From positions 25,335 to 89,334 of the forward strand of contig CAYFFV010000001.1 of assembly GCA_964342695.1 (NCBI GenBank): 64,000 nucleotides of DNA. The letters run 5' to 3'. Below the pieces are notes generated by a model. The model was given only the letters and a program-made list of their open reading frames with translations, did not search any database and was not told the DNA's origin. The stretch comes from an uncultured Vicinamibacteraceae bacterium (GTDB taxonomy: Bacteria; Acidobacteriota; Vicinamibacteria; Vicinamibacterales; UBA8438). The first letter of the stretch is position 1. The number at the start of each line of letters is the position of its first letter. This document shows, one piece after another, positions 1 to 10,095 of the stretch. The translations under genes and the position numbers were made by a program.

Positions 1-310
1 TAGGAATTGCAAGAATGAGTCCCGCTAAAGCAGCGATCTTTATATAGAGAAAGAAGGCTTCGGTCGGTTCAGTGTACACAAGGCGACCATCGCCAGGAAG
101 TATCTCTTGAAGGGGGCGCATAATAAAGTCAAAAATTGGAGAGATAAAGGCAAAAGCGATTAGAAAACCTACCAACAGTGACAAAACCGAAGCAACTAGT
201 CGTTTTCGTAATTCATCAAGATGGTCGAGGAAAGACATCTTGCCACTAGTTTCGTTAGCTATATCTTCTTCGTTTTTAGGTACAGAGTCAGTATGTTGGA
301 CGAGCGCCAT
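1..310 (-). CDS. tatC: Sec-independent translocase subunit TatC (5' part only; the gene runs off the left edge)
   Basis: Manual minus-strand translation from ATG at 310 gives MALVQHTDSVPKNEEDIANETSGKMSFLDHLDELRKRLVASVLSLLVGFLIAFAFISPIFDFIMRPL... The (M)SFLDHLxELRxRL N-terminus and first TM helix are typical of TatC. It lies directly downstream of tatA on the same strand. The true start may be the internal ATG at 238. Confidence 0.8.
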   Translation of the reverse strand, partial: MALVQHTDSVPKNEEDIANETSGKMSFLDHLDELRKRLVASVLSLLVGFLIAFAFISPIFDFIMRPLQEILPGDGRLVYTEPTEAFFLYIKIAALAGLILAIP

Positions 311-404
311 AACTATTTATTGATTTTGAGGATAGAAATTTGAAGTTACTCTGTTGTGGTTTTCGGAAGCAGAATAAAGTCTTTAAACTTTACAGCTTAA
401 GTTA

Positions 405-653
405 TTAGACGCTACTGTTGCTACTTTCTGTCGCTGGTTCCGATTCAGTCGTTCCGGTTGTTTCGTCAGGTTTCGTATCTTCCACCCGTATTTCTTCATC
501 TAGTGTGTTCTTAAGATCATTAGACGCGCGCTTAAATTCGGTCAAACTTCGACCAAGAGAGCGGCCAAGTTCCGGGAGTTTCCGTGGACCAAAAATTATT
601 AACGCAATTACAAAGATTATAATTAATTCTGGCATGCCGATTGAGCCAAACAT
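405..653 (-). CDS. tatA: Twin-arginine translocase subunit TatA/E
   Basis: 82-aa ORF with an N-terminal TM helix plus amphipathic helix, [29 protein letters not shown], and an acidic tail. Followed by tatC. Confidence 0.85.
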   Translation of the reverse strand: MFGSIGMPELIIIFVIALIIFGPRKLPELGRSLGRSLTEFKRASNDLKNTLDEEIRVEDTKPDETTGTTESEPATESSNSSV

Positions 654-794
654 GGTATTACTCCTTAATATCTGGGCATCTACGGTATACCCAGTCGAAT
701 TATAGAAATGCTCTGGCGGTCGGTCAAGCCTTGATTGATGTCAGTTTCTGCCGAAAGTTTTGCTAGAAGAGATCATGTCTGATAGCATGCCGAC

Positions 795-2414
795 GTGCGT
801 TCAAAATATACCGTCCCTATTGGGCTAATTACGATTGTCTCGTTTGCGTTTCTTGGAGGTCTTTTTGGGGGGCGTCTTTTAGCAACCCAAGAAAATATTC
901 CCCAGTATTACGAGCAATTTTCTACTGCTCTTGCTGCCATCGAAGCAAATTATGTCGAAGAGGTAGATACCGAGAATCTTGTGTATCAGGCTATTGGCGG
1001 TATGTTACAGACTCTGGATCCTCATTCTAGTTTTATGGATCCCCAATCGTATGCCCAAATGCGGGAACGCCAAGAAGGTCGTTATTACGGGTTGGGGATT
1101 TCAATCAATGTCATTAATGGTGACATTACGGTAATGAGTTTATTTGAAGGTTCGCCAGCTTATAGAAGTGGAATTCGAAGCGGAGATGTAATAGCCAGAA
1201 TTTCCGGACAAAGTGCAAAAGATATGACTAGTGAAGAAGCTGTAAGCCTTTTGCGAGGACCAAAGGGTACAGCTGTAAATATTTCTCTTCGACGAGTTGG
1301 CTATGACGATTTTATTGAAATGGCAGTTGAGCGGGATGAGATCTCCATAGCTACCATTGAGGCTGCTTTTTTGGCTGAGAATGATGTCGGATACGTAAAG
1401 CTTGGAGATTTTTCAGAAACCACAAATAGAGATTTGACAGCTGCCCTAAAGATGCTTCGCGGTGCTGGTATGAAGCGCCTTCTTTTGGACCTTAGGAATA
1501 ATCCTGGTGGCCCTCTTGATCAGTCAATTAAAGTGTCCAACCAATTTTTGCCTAAAGGGGATTTGATTGTTTATACGCGCGGTCGTGTTGAAAATTCTGA
1601 TCAGGATTATCACGCGACAAGGGAAGGTGAATTTACGGATATTCCATTGATAGTTTTAGTCAACCGTAATAGTGCTAGTGCTTCTGAAATAGTAGCCGGT
1701 TCTATTCAGGACCATGATCGGGGTTTAGTTGTAGGTGAGACCACCTTTGGGAAGGCTTTGGTGCAATCTATTTACAGAGTGAGTCATGGCGCGGGTCTTG
1801 CGTTGACGACTGCAAGATATTACACGCCAAGTGGCAGAATGATTCAGCGTCCTTGGGATGGAACATTCGATGAGTACCTTACCTATTCAATGAGAGATCA
1901 GTCTCCACCAGTACATTCTCCGGTAGATCGCAAGTACACTGACGGTGGGCGTGTGGTTTACAGTGGTGGCGGTATTGAACCTGATCATCGGCTATCTGGT
2001 CCTATTGAAGGATTTGATCCCTCTCGGTTGGGTCGATTACTTGCAGCGCGCCAAGAATTTGCAAGCTTTGCTCGATGGTTCTCGGCAGCAGCTGATTTAC
2101 GTGTTTCAACTGAAGGTAAGGGCAGAAAATTGGTATCTCCTGGGTTTGTTATTAATGACAAGTTATTTCAAGAATTCAAAGAACACGTGCGAGAGCGTGG
2201 TCTTACTATTAATGACGAAGCTTTTAATGAGGATTTAGATTTTGTTGACGCCATGATGCATTTTTATATTGACGAGGCGGTATTTGGAGTAGAGGAAGCA
2301 CGCCGAAATCTGTTTAATGTCGATCCCCAGATTCAAAAGGCAATTAGCTTGTTTGACGAAGCGAGATTGCTTTTGGAAGGTAGCGATAGTACATCACTTG
2401 TGGCCAGCCGCTAG
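795..2414 (+). CDS. Carboxyl-terminal processing protease (peptidase S41) with PDZ domain
   Basis: 539 aa with a GTG start and an N-terminal membrane anchor. PDZ region GLGISINV...GSPAYRSGIRSGDVI. S41 core LVNRNSASASEIVAGSIQDHDRGLVVGETTFGKALVQ. Confidence 0.85.
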   Translation: MRSKYTVPIGLITIVSFAFLGGLFGGRLLATQENIPQYYEQFSTALAAIEANYVEEVDTENLVYQAIGGMLQTLDPHSSFMDPQSYAQMRERQEGRYYGLGISINVINGDITVMSLFEGSPAYRSGIRSGDVIARISGQSAKDMTSEEAVSLLRGPKGTAVNISLRRVGYDDFIEMAVERDEISIATIEAAFLAENDVGYVKLGDFSETTNRDLTAALKMLRGAGMKRLLLDLRNNPGGPLDQSIKVSNQFLPKGDLIVYTRGRVENSDQDYHATREGEFTDIPLIVLVNRNSASASEIVAGSIQDHDRGLVVGETTFGKALVQSIYRVSHGAGLALTTARYYTPSGRMIQRPWDGTFDEYLTYSMRDQSPPVHSPVDRKYTDGGRVVYSGGGIEPDHRLSGPIEGFDPSRLGRLLAARQEFASFARWFSAAADLRVSTEGKGRKLVSPGFVINDKLFQEFKEHVRERGLTINDEAFNEDLDFVDAMMHFYIDEAVFGVEEARRNLFNVDPQIQKAISLFDEARLLLEGSDSTSLVASR

Positions 2415-2556
2415 ATGATTCATCAATGGATAATCGTGAAAATTATTGATTGGTCTTAGTTATATTGTGACTTCGAGCCGCTCGACGGGGAGAGGATAGA
2501 ATCAACCTGGTTGAGTGGTTTTTTTGTGTACTGGTTTAGTCTTTGGAAATTAGTTT

Positions 2557-5500
2557 ATGCATTTGAGCAATCTTGAAATTTTTGGATTCAAAAGTTTCCC
2601 TGAACGGGTCGAGCTTGTGTTTGATTCTGGTGTGACGGCTATTGTAGGTCCAAATGGTTGTGGAAAGAGTAATGTGATTGATGCGATCACTTGGGTTCTT
2701 GGAGAGCAAAGTGCCCGAAGTCTTCGTGGTGATCGGATGGAAGACGTTATTTTTAGTGGCAGTGATGCGCGGCGACCTACCGCCACAGCTGAAGTAAGGT
2801 TGCAGTTGTCACAAGTTAATTCATCTTTGACAATTTTAGACAAAAGCGACTTAGCGGAAATTCAGGAACCTAAACCAAAAGAAGGTGCCGGGCAGGACAA
2901 TTCTCTTAGTGTTGCTCCTGTACATATTTCACAGAATGGAAAAAATCAGACACTCGGTGACGGCGAACGCAGCTCTGATTTTGTACGACAGATTGAGGTC
3001 GGAAGAAGATTGTTTCGTTCTGGTGAAAGTGAATATCTTTTGGACGGAAAGATTTGTAGATTGCGTGACATTCAAGATCTGCTAATGGATTCAGGTGTTG
3101 GGATTAAAGCCTACGCAGTGATCGAGCAAGGGAAAATAGGACAAATTCTTGGTGCCAGACCGATGGAGCGTCGTCAATTATTAGAAGAAGCGGCTGGTGT
3201 TACGAAGTACAAAAGTCGAAGACGCTCCGCAGAACTTAAATTAGAAGCGGCGCAGCAAAATTTGACCCGGGTGGACGATATTGTTTTTGAGGTCGAAAAA
3301 CAGAGAAATGCTCTTAAGCGGCAGGCTTCAAAGGCAAGACGGTATAGGAGATTTCGTGAAAACCTTCGATGCTGGGAAAAAATACAGTTTGTTCGAAGAA
3401 GTGAAAAAATTATTCAGGCCGTTACTGTTTCCGAGGAAAAACTTCGTGACGTTAGCCTGATGCAAGAGGAAAAAGTTGGTCAACTTAGGCAACTAGAAGA
3501 TGATCATAAGAAGAAAAACATTGAAGTATCTGAGGCAGATAAGTCTTCAAATGAAGCTCGGGAGGCCATGCATTCTCACGAGCTTGCCGTTGGTCGAAGT
3601 CAGCAGAAGTTAGAGTTTGATAAACAGCAGGAAGTATTTTTGTCAGAATCTTCGACAACTGGTGAAACTGAGGTTAGCGCTCTCAGTAATCGTAAATCGC
3701 CGCTCCAGGATGAGCTCAAGAAGCAACAAGAACTTTGTCGGCAGTGCGAGAGTCAGTTGTTAACAGCGCGTGAAAAATTCAGAAATGCGGAGTCCTCTTA
3801 TTCTGAGGCCCAAACTTCTATTACAGGTATGGAAGACAGGGTTGAAGCTTCTCGTGGTGAAGTGTTTTCAGCTGTCAATTCTGCAGCTTTACTTGAGCAA
3901 ATTATTGGTAATGCTGTTGAGGCGAGGCGTCGAGTCGATGCTGAAATTGAAAAACTTGATTCTGAGTTAACCGATGCTTTAGCGGAAAAAAACAAGCTTG
4001 AGAGTTCCCGCAAGAGTGCGAATGATGTGGTGACCAATGTGCGTGAGACACTTGCAAGCACGCGGCTCTCAAGAATGGGTTGCGAACAGTCTTTACAAAA
4101 AGCCAGTGAGCAACATGATGAACATAAAATAGAAACACAAGCTCGAGAAACTGAGGTAACCGTTCTTTCTGCCAGACTCCAGTCTCTTAAAGAAATTGTT
4201 GCAGCCCGAGAAGATTACAGTGATGCGGCCCGAATACTGTTAACGCAGACTGACGAAGCTCTCAAACATTTTGGTTCAGTCGCGGACCATCTTGATATGG
4301 ATCGAGAATACGAACGTAGCGTTGAAGCTGGGCTTGCTGATCTATTACAGTTCATAATTGTCGAAAGTTGGCAAGACGCATTGTCGGGTATCGAGCTGAC
4401 CAGTAATCATAAGGCGGGACGTTGTGGTTTCTTGGTCCTTGATCTTTTTGATTTAAATCTAAATGCACCTCGCTTGTCTTTAGCTACAGGCTTGCGCTCA
4501 TTTGAAGATATCGTGCGCGTTCAGGGACCCGCTAAGAAAGCGGTTCGATCTTTATTACGGCGATATTGGCTCGCCGATTCAGTTGATGACGAAGTCATAA
4601 AAGCGAATGTGACTAATGCAGTAATTGTTACTCCTGAGGGAACCGTGTATCGAGGTTCGGAAATAATATATGGTGGTGGACGAGTAGAATCTAAGGGAAT
4701 TCTTGGCACCAAGGGAGAAGTCAAAGAATTAAATGTAAAGATACTTTCCAATAAGCAAGTACTAGAGAAACTTCAAAGAAATGTCAATGAATGTGCATTT
4801 TTGGTTAGCCAAGAAAAAGGAAAATTAGAGACGTTACAAAGCGCAGAACACACTCTTGAGAAATCATTGATTGAGGCAGAGCTAAAGACAGAACAGTTCG
4901 ATCAGGAATTGGATCGACTGAATCGACGTCACGATATTATACAAACTGAGCGGCGGACATTTCTTGAAGAACGAGTTTCTCTTCAGTCAAAAAGAGAAGA
5001 AGCTCAAAATTCTGTTACGCGGTTGGAGGCGGAACGGCAGAATGCGGATCAGGCGTTTATGGGTGCCCAGCGTCAACTGAGTGAGACTCGAGAGTCTTTA
5101 GATCTTTTAAGTCAGAACGTAATTGACGCGAAGACAACCTATGTGGCGCTTGAAGAAAGGGTCAATGCCTTTAACGCAGATATTAGACGTCTTGAAGATG
5201 CTTTAAATGATTTAGAGCAACGTTTAAATTTAAGGAAGGTAGATAATCAACGAACTAAGGCACAGCGAGCTCACTTGAAAGAAGAAATTACTGAGTCTGA
5301 ACGTCGACTGAATTTGGAGAGAGAGCGGTCAGACTTACTGCGTGAAACATTAGTTAAAGATGAAAAAAAAGCAGCGGAGTTGCGTCTTGAAATTGAGAAA
5401 CAAGAAAATGAGGTGCAAGTAATCCGCCAAGATGTTGATTCCGTAAGTGACAAAGTACGAGCCCTAGAAGTGAGTCATGCGACTGTTAAAGCCGACCAGA

Positions 5501-6417
5501 GTAATTTGTCAGTATTGAGTCGTGAAACATTTCAAATGGATTTAGATGCTCTTCGTTTAGAGGTTGAAACGTTAGAACGAAGCCAAGATCGTAGCGCGGA
5601 ACTTAGAAAATACTTGTCTAATACAAGTTCTGACGATCTTGATGAATTAGATGGCGAGGATGTTCAGGTAATCGGTGCTAGTTCTGAGTCTTCTGACGGT
5701 CGCGATCCGAGTGCTAACGATTCGGAAGATGTAAGAACTGATGATGTTAACGCCGATTTTAATTTAATCAACGATCAATCTACTCAGAGAATGGTTGCGG
5801 AAATCAAACTTCGGATCGAGCGCTTGGGTCCTGTGAACATGATGGCAATTGATCAATTTGATGAACTAGAAGAGCGGTATGAGTTTTTGACCGTTCAACG
5901 CAAAGATTTACTTGATGCAATTCAATCTACTATGGCTGCCATCAAGAATATTGATACGACTACAAGGGAGCGATTCCGTACAGCTTTCACTGCAATTAAT
6001 GAGCATTTCCAAGACACGTTTTCAACGTTATTCGGAGGAGGGCGCGCCGGACTAGTATTAATCGACGAGACTGATTTATTAGAAAGCGGCATCGATATTA
6101 TTGCCCAGCCACCCGGGAAGCGCCTTCAAAGTGTTCAATTGTTATCTGGTGGAGAAAAGGCTTTGACGGCTATGGCTTTAATGTTTGCCATTTTTAAATA
6201 TAAACCTAGTCCTTTTTGTTTGCTTGATGAGATTGACGCTCCACTGGATGAAGCAAACATCAGTCGATTCATTACCATGCTTCGTGGAATGCAAGACGAG
6301 ACGCAATTTGTCCTAGTTACCCACAATCGAAAGACAATGGAGATTGCCGATCGTTTGTACGGTGTTACGATGGAAGAACCTGGTGTTTCGAAGTTGATTT
6401 CCGTTGGTCTCAACTAA
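2557..6417 (+). CDS. smc: Chromosome partition protein SMC
   Basis: 1286 aa. Walker A GPNGCGKSNVIDAI, long coiled-coil arms, a hinge region, the C-terminal signature LLSGGEKALTAMALMFAIF and Walker B FCLLDEIDAPLD. Confidence 0.95.
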   Translation: MHLSNLEIFGFKSFPERVELVFDSGVTAIVGPNGCGKSNVIDAITWVLGEQSARSLRGDRMEDVIFSGSDARRPTATAEVRLQLSQVNSSLTILDKSDLAEIQEPKPKEGAGQDNSLSVAPVHISQNGKNQTLGDGERSSDFVRQIEVGRRLFRSGESEYLLDGKICRLRDIQDLLMDSGVGIKAYAVIEQGKIGQILGARPMERRQLLEEAAGVTKYKSRRRSAELKLEAAQQNLTRVDDIVFEVEKQRNALKRQASKARRYRRFRENLRCWEKIQFVRRSEKIIQAVTVSEEKLRDVSLMQEEKVGQLRQLEDDHKKKNIEVSEADKSSNEAREAMHSHELAVGRSQQKLEFDKQQEVFLSESSTTGETEVSALSNRKSPLQDELKKQQELCRQCESQLLTAREKFRNAESSYSEAQTSITGMEDRVEASRGEVFSAVNSAALLEQIIGNAVEARRRVDAEIEKLDSELTDALAEKNKLESSRKSANDVVTNVRETLASTRLSRMGCEQSLQKASEQHDEHKIETQARETEVTVLSARLQSLKEIVAAREDYSDAARILLTQTDEALKHFGSVADHLDMDREYERSVEAGLADLLQFIIVESWQDALSGIELTSNHKAGRCGFLVLDLFDLNLNAPRLSLATGLRSFEDIVRVQGPAKKAVRSLLRRYWLADSVDDEVIKANVTNAVIVTPEGTVYRGSEIIYGGGRVESKGILGTKGEVKELNVKILSNKQVLEKLQRNVNECAFLVSQEKGKLETLQSAEHTLEKSLIEAELKTEQFDQELDRLNRRHDIIQTERRTFLEERVSLQSKREEAQNSVTRLEAERQNADQAFMGAQRQLSETRESLDLLSQNVIDAKTTYVALEERVNAFNADIRRLEDALNDLEQRLNLRKVDNQRTKAQRAHLKEEITESERRLNLERERSDLLRETLVKDEKKAAELRLEIEKQENEVQVIRQDVDSVSDKVRALEVSHATVKADQSNLSVLSRETFQMDLDALRLEVETLERSQDRSAELRKYLSNTSSDDLDELDGEDVQVIGASSESSDGRDPSANDSEDVRTDDVNADFNLINDQSTQRMVAEIKLRIERLGPVNMMAIDQFDELEERYEFLTVQRKDLLDAIQSTMAAIKNIDTTTRERFRTAFTAINEHFQDTFSTLFGGGRAGLVLIDETDLLESGIDIIAQPPGKRLQSVQLLSGGEKALTAMALMFAIFKYKPSPFCLLDEIDAPLDEANISRFITMLRGMQDETQFVLVTHNRKTMEIADRLYGVTMEEPGVSKLISVGLN

Positions 6418-6568
6418 TGGTTTAAGCCAACTGATGACTTTATCTTAAGAGCATGGGTTTTTTGAAAATGACCAGAGAAAAAGCAGTTAGACAGTCGTTA
6501 TAGACTTACCTGATTACGATTTTTCTTTGTTTTGAGCTATTGTTTCGTTCTCTATTATCCCCGCTTTT

Positions 6569-8701
6569 TCATGGTTGAGATTTTTCCTTGTCGTTCCCGG
6601 GCGTAGTATTTTTAGGATCAGGAACGGGAAGAAGAGCCTTTCGACTTAGACGAACCTTTCCGGATGGATCTACATTTATAACCTTCACTAGGACCTGATC
6701 ACCTTCTTCAAGTTCATCTTTAACGTTAGCGACTCTGTAATGAGCAATTTCTGAGATATGTAGTAAGCCGTCGATTCCTGGAATGATCTCAACGAATGCT
6801 CCGAAATCAGTGATCCGTTGCACTTTACCTAAATATGTTTTATCGACTTCAGGACTGGCTGTTAGCTCTTCAATAATTGTGATAGCTTTCTGCGCAGAAT
6901 TTTCGTCTGACGAAGAAACATTCACTCTCCCATCATCTTCGACGTCAATTTTAACGCCTGTTCGTTCTACGATACTACGAATCGTTTTCCCTCCAGGGCC
7001 AATGACATCTCTAATTTTGTCAACAGGAATAGTAATGGTCACAATACGAGGCGCATGAGTAGAGATCGTTTCACGCGGCGTTTGTATAGTTGAGTCCATT
7101 TTTTTCAAGATATGTAATCTTCCTGCTCGAGCCTGCTCTAATGCTTCTTGCATGATGTCGGTAGGCACGCCGTCCATTTTGATGTCCATCTGCAAGGCAG
7201 TGATACCATCGGCAGAACCGGCAACCTTAAAGTCCATGTCCCCGTAGTGATCTTCTGCTCCAGCAATATCCGACAGAATCGCATGCCTATTATTGGCAGA
7301 ATCCATAATGAGTCCCATTGCCACACCAGCAATAGGTGCTTTGAGAGGAACTCCAGCATCCATTAATGCTAAGGTGCCGCCGCAGACAGTAGCCATTGAT
7401 GAAGAACCGTTGGATTCCAGTATGTCTGAGACTACCCGCACGGTATATGGAAATTTGTCCTCATCTGGGAGCATCGGATTTAAACTACGCTCAGCTAAGA
7501 ATCCATGTCCTATTTCTCGTCGTCCAGGGCCACGGAGAAACTTGACTTCACCGACTGAAAAAGGTGGGAAATTGTAATGCAACATAAACCGTTTATGAAT
7601 CTCACCACCGAGTTGTTCAATTTTTTGTTGGTCGTCTTTAGTGCCGAGGGTTGCCGTCACTAGTGCCTGCGTTTCCCCACGTGTAAACACGGCAGAACCA
7701 TGGACTCGAGGCAATAAGCCAACTTCACACCAGATATCTCTGATTTCATCAAACTTTCGACCATCGAGTCTGTGGCCTTGTTCCAATACCTCCGCACGCA
7801 AAACTTTTTCTTTAAGTTCTGAAAAAATATTCTTTGCGTCTGCTTTGCGTTCATTTTCTTCTTCGGGAAGAGATGTCAAAAGCTCGTCTAGAACTCGATC
7901 TACCGCAGCGTAGTTTTCAAGCTTATCCGGCAGACGCATCGCTTCGGTTAATGGATCAATGATTTTCTGCTCCACTTCTTTATAAAAATCTTTATCAATT
8001 TCTTTGGTCTCAACTTCCAGTTTCGAATTTCCAACAGATTCTGCGAGTTTGTCAATTTCTGACACGATTTCTTTAATTGCGGAGTGACCTTTTTGGAGTG
8101 CTTCAAGCATGTCTTTTTCGGATACTTCTTCGGCGCCTGCTTCTACCATTACTATAGCGTCATGGCTGCCAGCGACCACTAAGTCTAGTTGACTCGTTTC
8201 CCGTTGCTGGTAGGTCGGATTGATGATGAATTCTCCATTTATCAAGCCAACTCGGACGGCAGCAATAGTCTTTAAGGTAGGTATTTTTGAAATAGCTAAC
8301 GCGGCAGATGCACCGGTCAGAGCTAGAACGTCAGGGTCATTTTCATTATCAGCTGATAGAACTAGAGCAATAACCTGAGTCTCTCTGTTCCAACCTTGAG
8401 AAAATAATGGACGAATTGGACGGTCAATAAAGCGACTGGTCAGGACTTCCTTTTCAGTAGGTTTTCCTTCGCGTTTGAAGAAACCTCCAGGTATACGACC
8501 CGATGCATAGGTATTTTCTTTGTAATCAACCGTCAATGGTAAGAAGTCAATACCTTCTCGTGCAGTTGGTGTAAAGCACGCAGTTACCAAAACGACGGTA
8601 TCACCGTATTTAACAATGACGGCGCCATCCGCTTGTTTGGCCAGTTTTCCAGTTTCTATTTTTAAAACTTCGTGGCCTACGTTCAGTTGGCCTGAATTCA
8701 T
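6569..8701 (-). CDS. pnp: Polyribonucleotide nucleotidyltransferase (PNPase)
   Basis: 710 aa with two RNase PH-like domains, KH (IRDVIGPGGKTIRSI) and S1 (GKVQRITDFGAFVEI). Immediately downstream of rpsO. Confidence 0.97.
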   Translation of the reverse strand: MNSGQLNVGHEVLKIETGKLAKQADGAVIVKYGDTVVLVTACFTPTAREGIDFLPLTVDYKENTYASGRIPGGFFKREGKPTEKEVLTSRFIDRPIRPLFSQGWNRETQVIALVLSADNENDPDVLALTGASAALAISKIPTLKTIAAVRVGLINGEFIINPTYQQRETSQLDLVVAGSHDAIVMVEAGAEEVSEKDMLEALQKGHSAIKEIVSEIDKLAESVGNSKLEVETKEIDKDFYKEVEQKIIDPLTEAMRLPDKLENYAAVDRVLDELLTSLPEEENERKADAKNIFSELKEKVLRAEVLEQGHRLDGRKFDEIRDIWCEVGLLPRVHGSAVFTRGETQALVTATLGTKDDQQKIEQLGGEIHKRFMLHYNFPPFSVGEVKFLRGPGRREIGHGFLAERSLNPMLPDEDKFPYTVRVVSDILESNGSSSMATVCGGTLALMDAGVPLKAPIAGVAMGLIMDSANNRHAILSDIAGAEDHYGDMDFKVAGSADGITALQMDIKMDGVPTDIMQEALEQARAGRLHILKKMDSTIQTPRETISTHAPRIVTITIPVDKIRDVIGPGGKTIRSIVERTGVKIDVEDDGRVNVSSSDENSAQKAITIIEELTASPEVDKTYLGKVQRITDFGAFVEIIPGIDGLLHISEIAHYRVANVKDELEEGDQVLVKVINVDPSGKVRLSRKALLPVPDPKNTTPGNDKEKSQP

Positions 8702-8773
8702 GAATCTATCTCCGTTTAAATGAGAATAAAGAGAGCAGAGAGGAGGGGGTAAAAACCAGGAGAGATATCACCT

Positions 8774-9043
8774 TTACTTACGGATACCGAGGCGTTTGAT
8801 TAAACCTAGGTATCGTTCTGTGTCCTTGCCCTTAAGGTAGTCTAAGAGTCGACGACGTTGCCCAACAAGCTTAAGTAGTCCCCGACGAGAATGATGATCC
8901 TTGGCATGAATCTTGAAATGTTCAGTAAGGTCACCAATTCTTTCACTCAGAATGGCCACTTGTACCTCTGGCGATCCTGTATCAGAGTCATGGGTTCGAT
9001 ACGAACCGATAACTTCAGTTTTTCTCTCCTTTGGCAAAGCCAA
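8774..9043 (-). CDS. rpsO: 30S ribosomal protein S15
   Basis: 89 aa. TTG start 9 nt after a GGAGG. Contains [48 protein letters not shown]. Confidence 0.95.
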   Translation of the reverse strand: MALPKERKTEVIGSYRTHDSDTGSPEVQVAILSERIGDLTEHFKIHAKDHHSRRGLLKLVGQRRRLLDYLKGKDTERYLGLIKRLGIRK

Positions 9044-9098
9044 TTTCCTGCGCCTCCAGTAGTGACTGCATCGGTAAACCGAGTAACTTACGGTTACC
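9044..9098 (-). promoter_or_regulatory. Structured rpsO 5' leader (two hairpins abutting the Shine-Dalgarno); candidate S15 autoregulatory element
   Basis: Read on the minus strand: hairpin GGTAACCG/CGGTTTACC (9073-9098, one bulge, 9-nt loop), then CAGT-cact-ACTG (9057-9068) immediately before GGAGG and the TTG start. No T-tract follows, so it is not a terminator. Confidence 0.3.
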
Positions 9099-9154
9099 TG
9101 GTTTATTTATCAGTCCCGTTAAAGTGTTTTTTCTCCTGCGATTAACCTCGAATG

Positions 9155-10081
9155 TTACACCAAGACTATTCTAGGATGCAAAATATCGCCTGGTCCTTGC
9201 TCAGCAATTGCGAGCAAAGTTCCCGTTTGACTAAGAACTTTGATTCGGCCGTTACTGTCTCCAAGGCCCTTGCTTTCTTTTCTTTTTGGAAGAAAAGAGC
9301 TGATCTCATTTTTGCTCACGGTGTTCCCATGAGCAATACTGCGTGAACCATTGTCGGTCACTACGATCATCGGTAGTTCAGGAAGCAGTTCGTTCATTGG
9401 AATTATTTTTTCAACTGGAAAATTAATTTCATTCTCAAATTCACTGAGAAGCACGGATTGTTGAAGGGTGAATACTCCATTTTTGGTTCGGCGGAGCTGT
9501 TCGAGACAACCTCCACATCCTAAGTGTTGTCCAAGATCATGTGCTAACGCTCTCACATAAAACCCACGTGAGCACGATATTTTGCAGAAGAGTCTATTAT
9601 CGCGAAAGGCAGTAATTTCCAATGCATGCACACAAACCTCTACTGGGGATAGTTGAACTGTTGCATTTTTACGCGCAAGTCGGTATGCACGGGTTCCGTT
9701 AACTTTCTTTGCTGAATAGGGAGGAGGTCGCTGAAGAAAAATTCCGGTAAATGACTTCGCCGCTGCTTTAATTGTTTCAAGAGTTAGGTTCTCAGCGCGG
9801 CATTTGTTCTGTATAGATTCGTCACTCGGTGACCCAGTTGCATCATAGGTATCAGTCGCTATTCCGAGATGAATGACAGCTTCATACGATTTCTTGCCAT
9901 CTGCTAGTAACGATGCAAGTTTTGTGGCCTTTCCAAGAACCAGTGGAAGTACTCCAGAGGCCATTGGATCAAGTGTTCCAAGATGGCCCGTTTTCTTCGT
10001 TTTTAGCAGGCGACGAATTCTTACGACCACATCGTGGGAAGTTATGCCTTTTGGTTTGTCTACAATCAGTACTCCGTTCAT
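9155..10081 (-). CDS. truB: tRNA pseudouridine(55) synthase TruB
   Basis: 308 aa. GVLIVDKPKGITSHDVV and the catalytic Asp motif GHLGTLDPMASGVLPL. Confidence 0.95.
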   Translation of the reverse strand: MNGVLIVDKPKGITSHDVVVRIRRLLKTKKTGHLGTLDPMASGVLPLVLGKATKLASLLADGKKSYEAVIHLGIATDTYDATGSPSDESIQNKCRAENLTLETIKAAAKSFTGIFLQRPPPYSAKKVNGTRAYRLARKNATVQLSPVEVCVHALEITAFRDNRLFCKISCSRGFYVRALAHDLGQHLGCGGCLEQLRRTKNGVFTLQQSVLLSEFENEINFPVEKIIPMNELLPELPMIVVTDNGSRSIAHGNTVSKNEISSFLPKRKESKGLGDSNGRIKVLSQTGTLLAIAEQGPGDILHPRIVLV

Positions 10082-10095
10082 TGCTATTTAGGTGT

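Noticed and set aside
2502-2525. Possible terminator after the S41 protease gene (TCAAC-ctg-GTTGA followed by GTGGTTTTTTT).
   Set aside because: It has only a 5-bp AU-rich stem with a 3-nt loop, which is too weak to call from sequence alone. smc may be co-transcribed.
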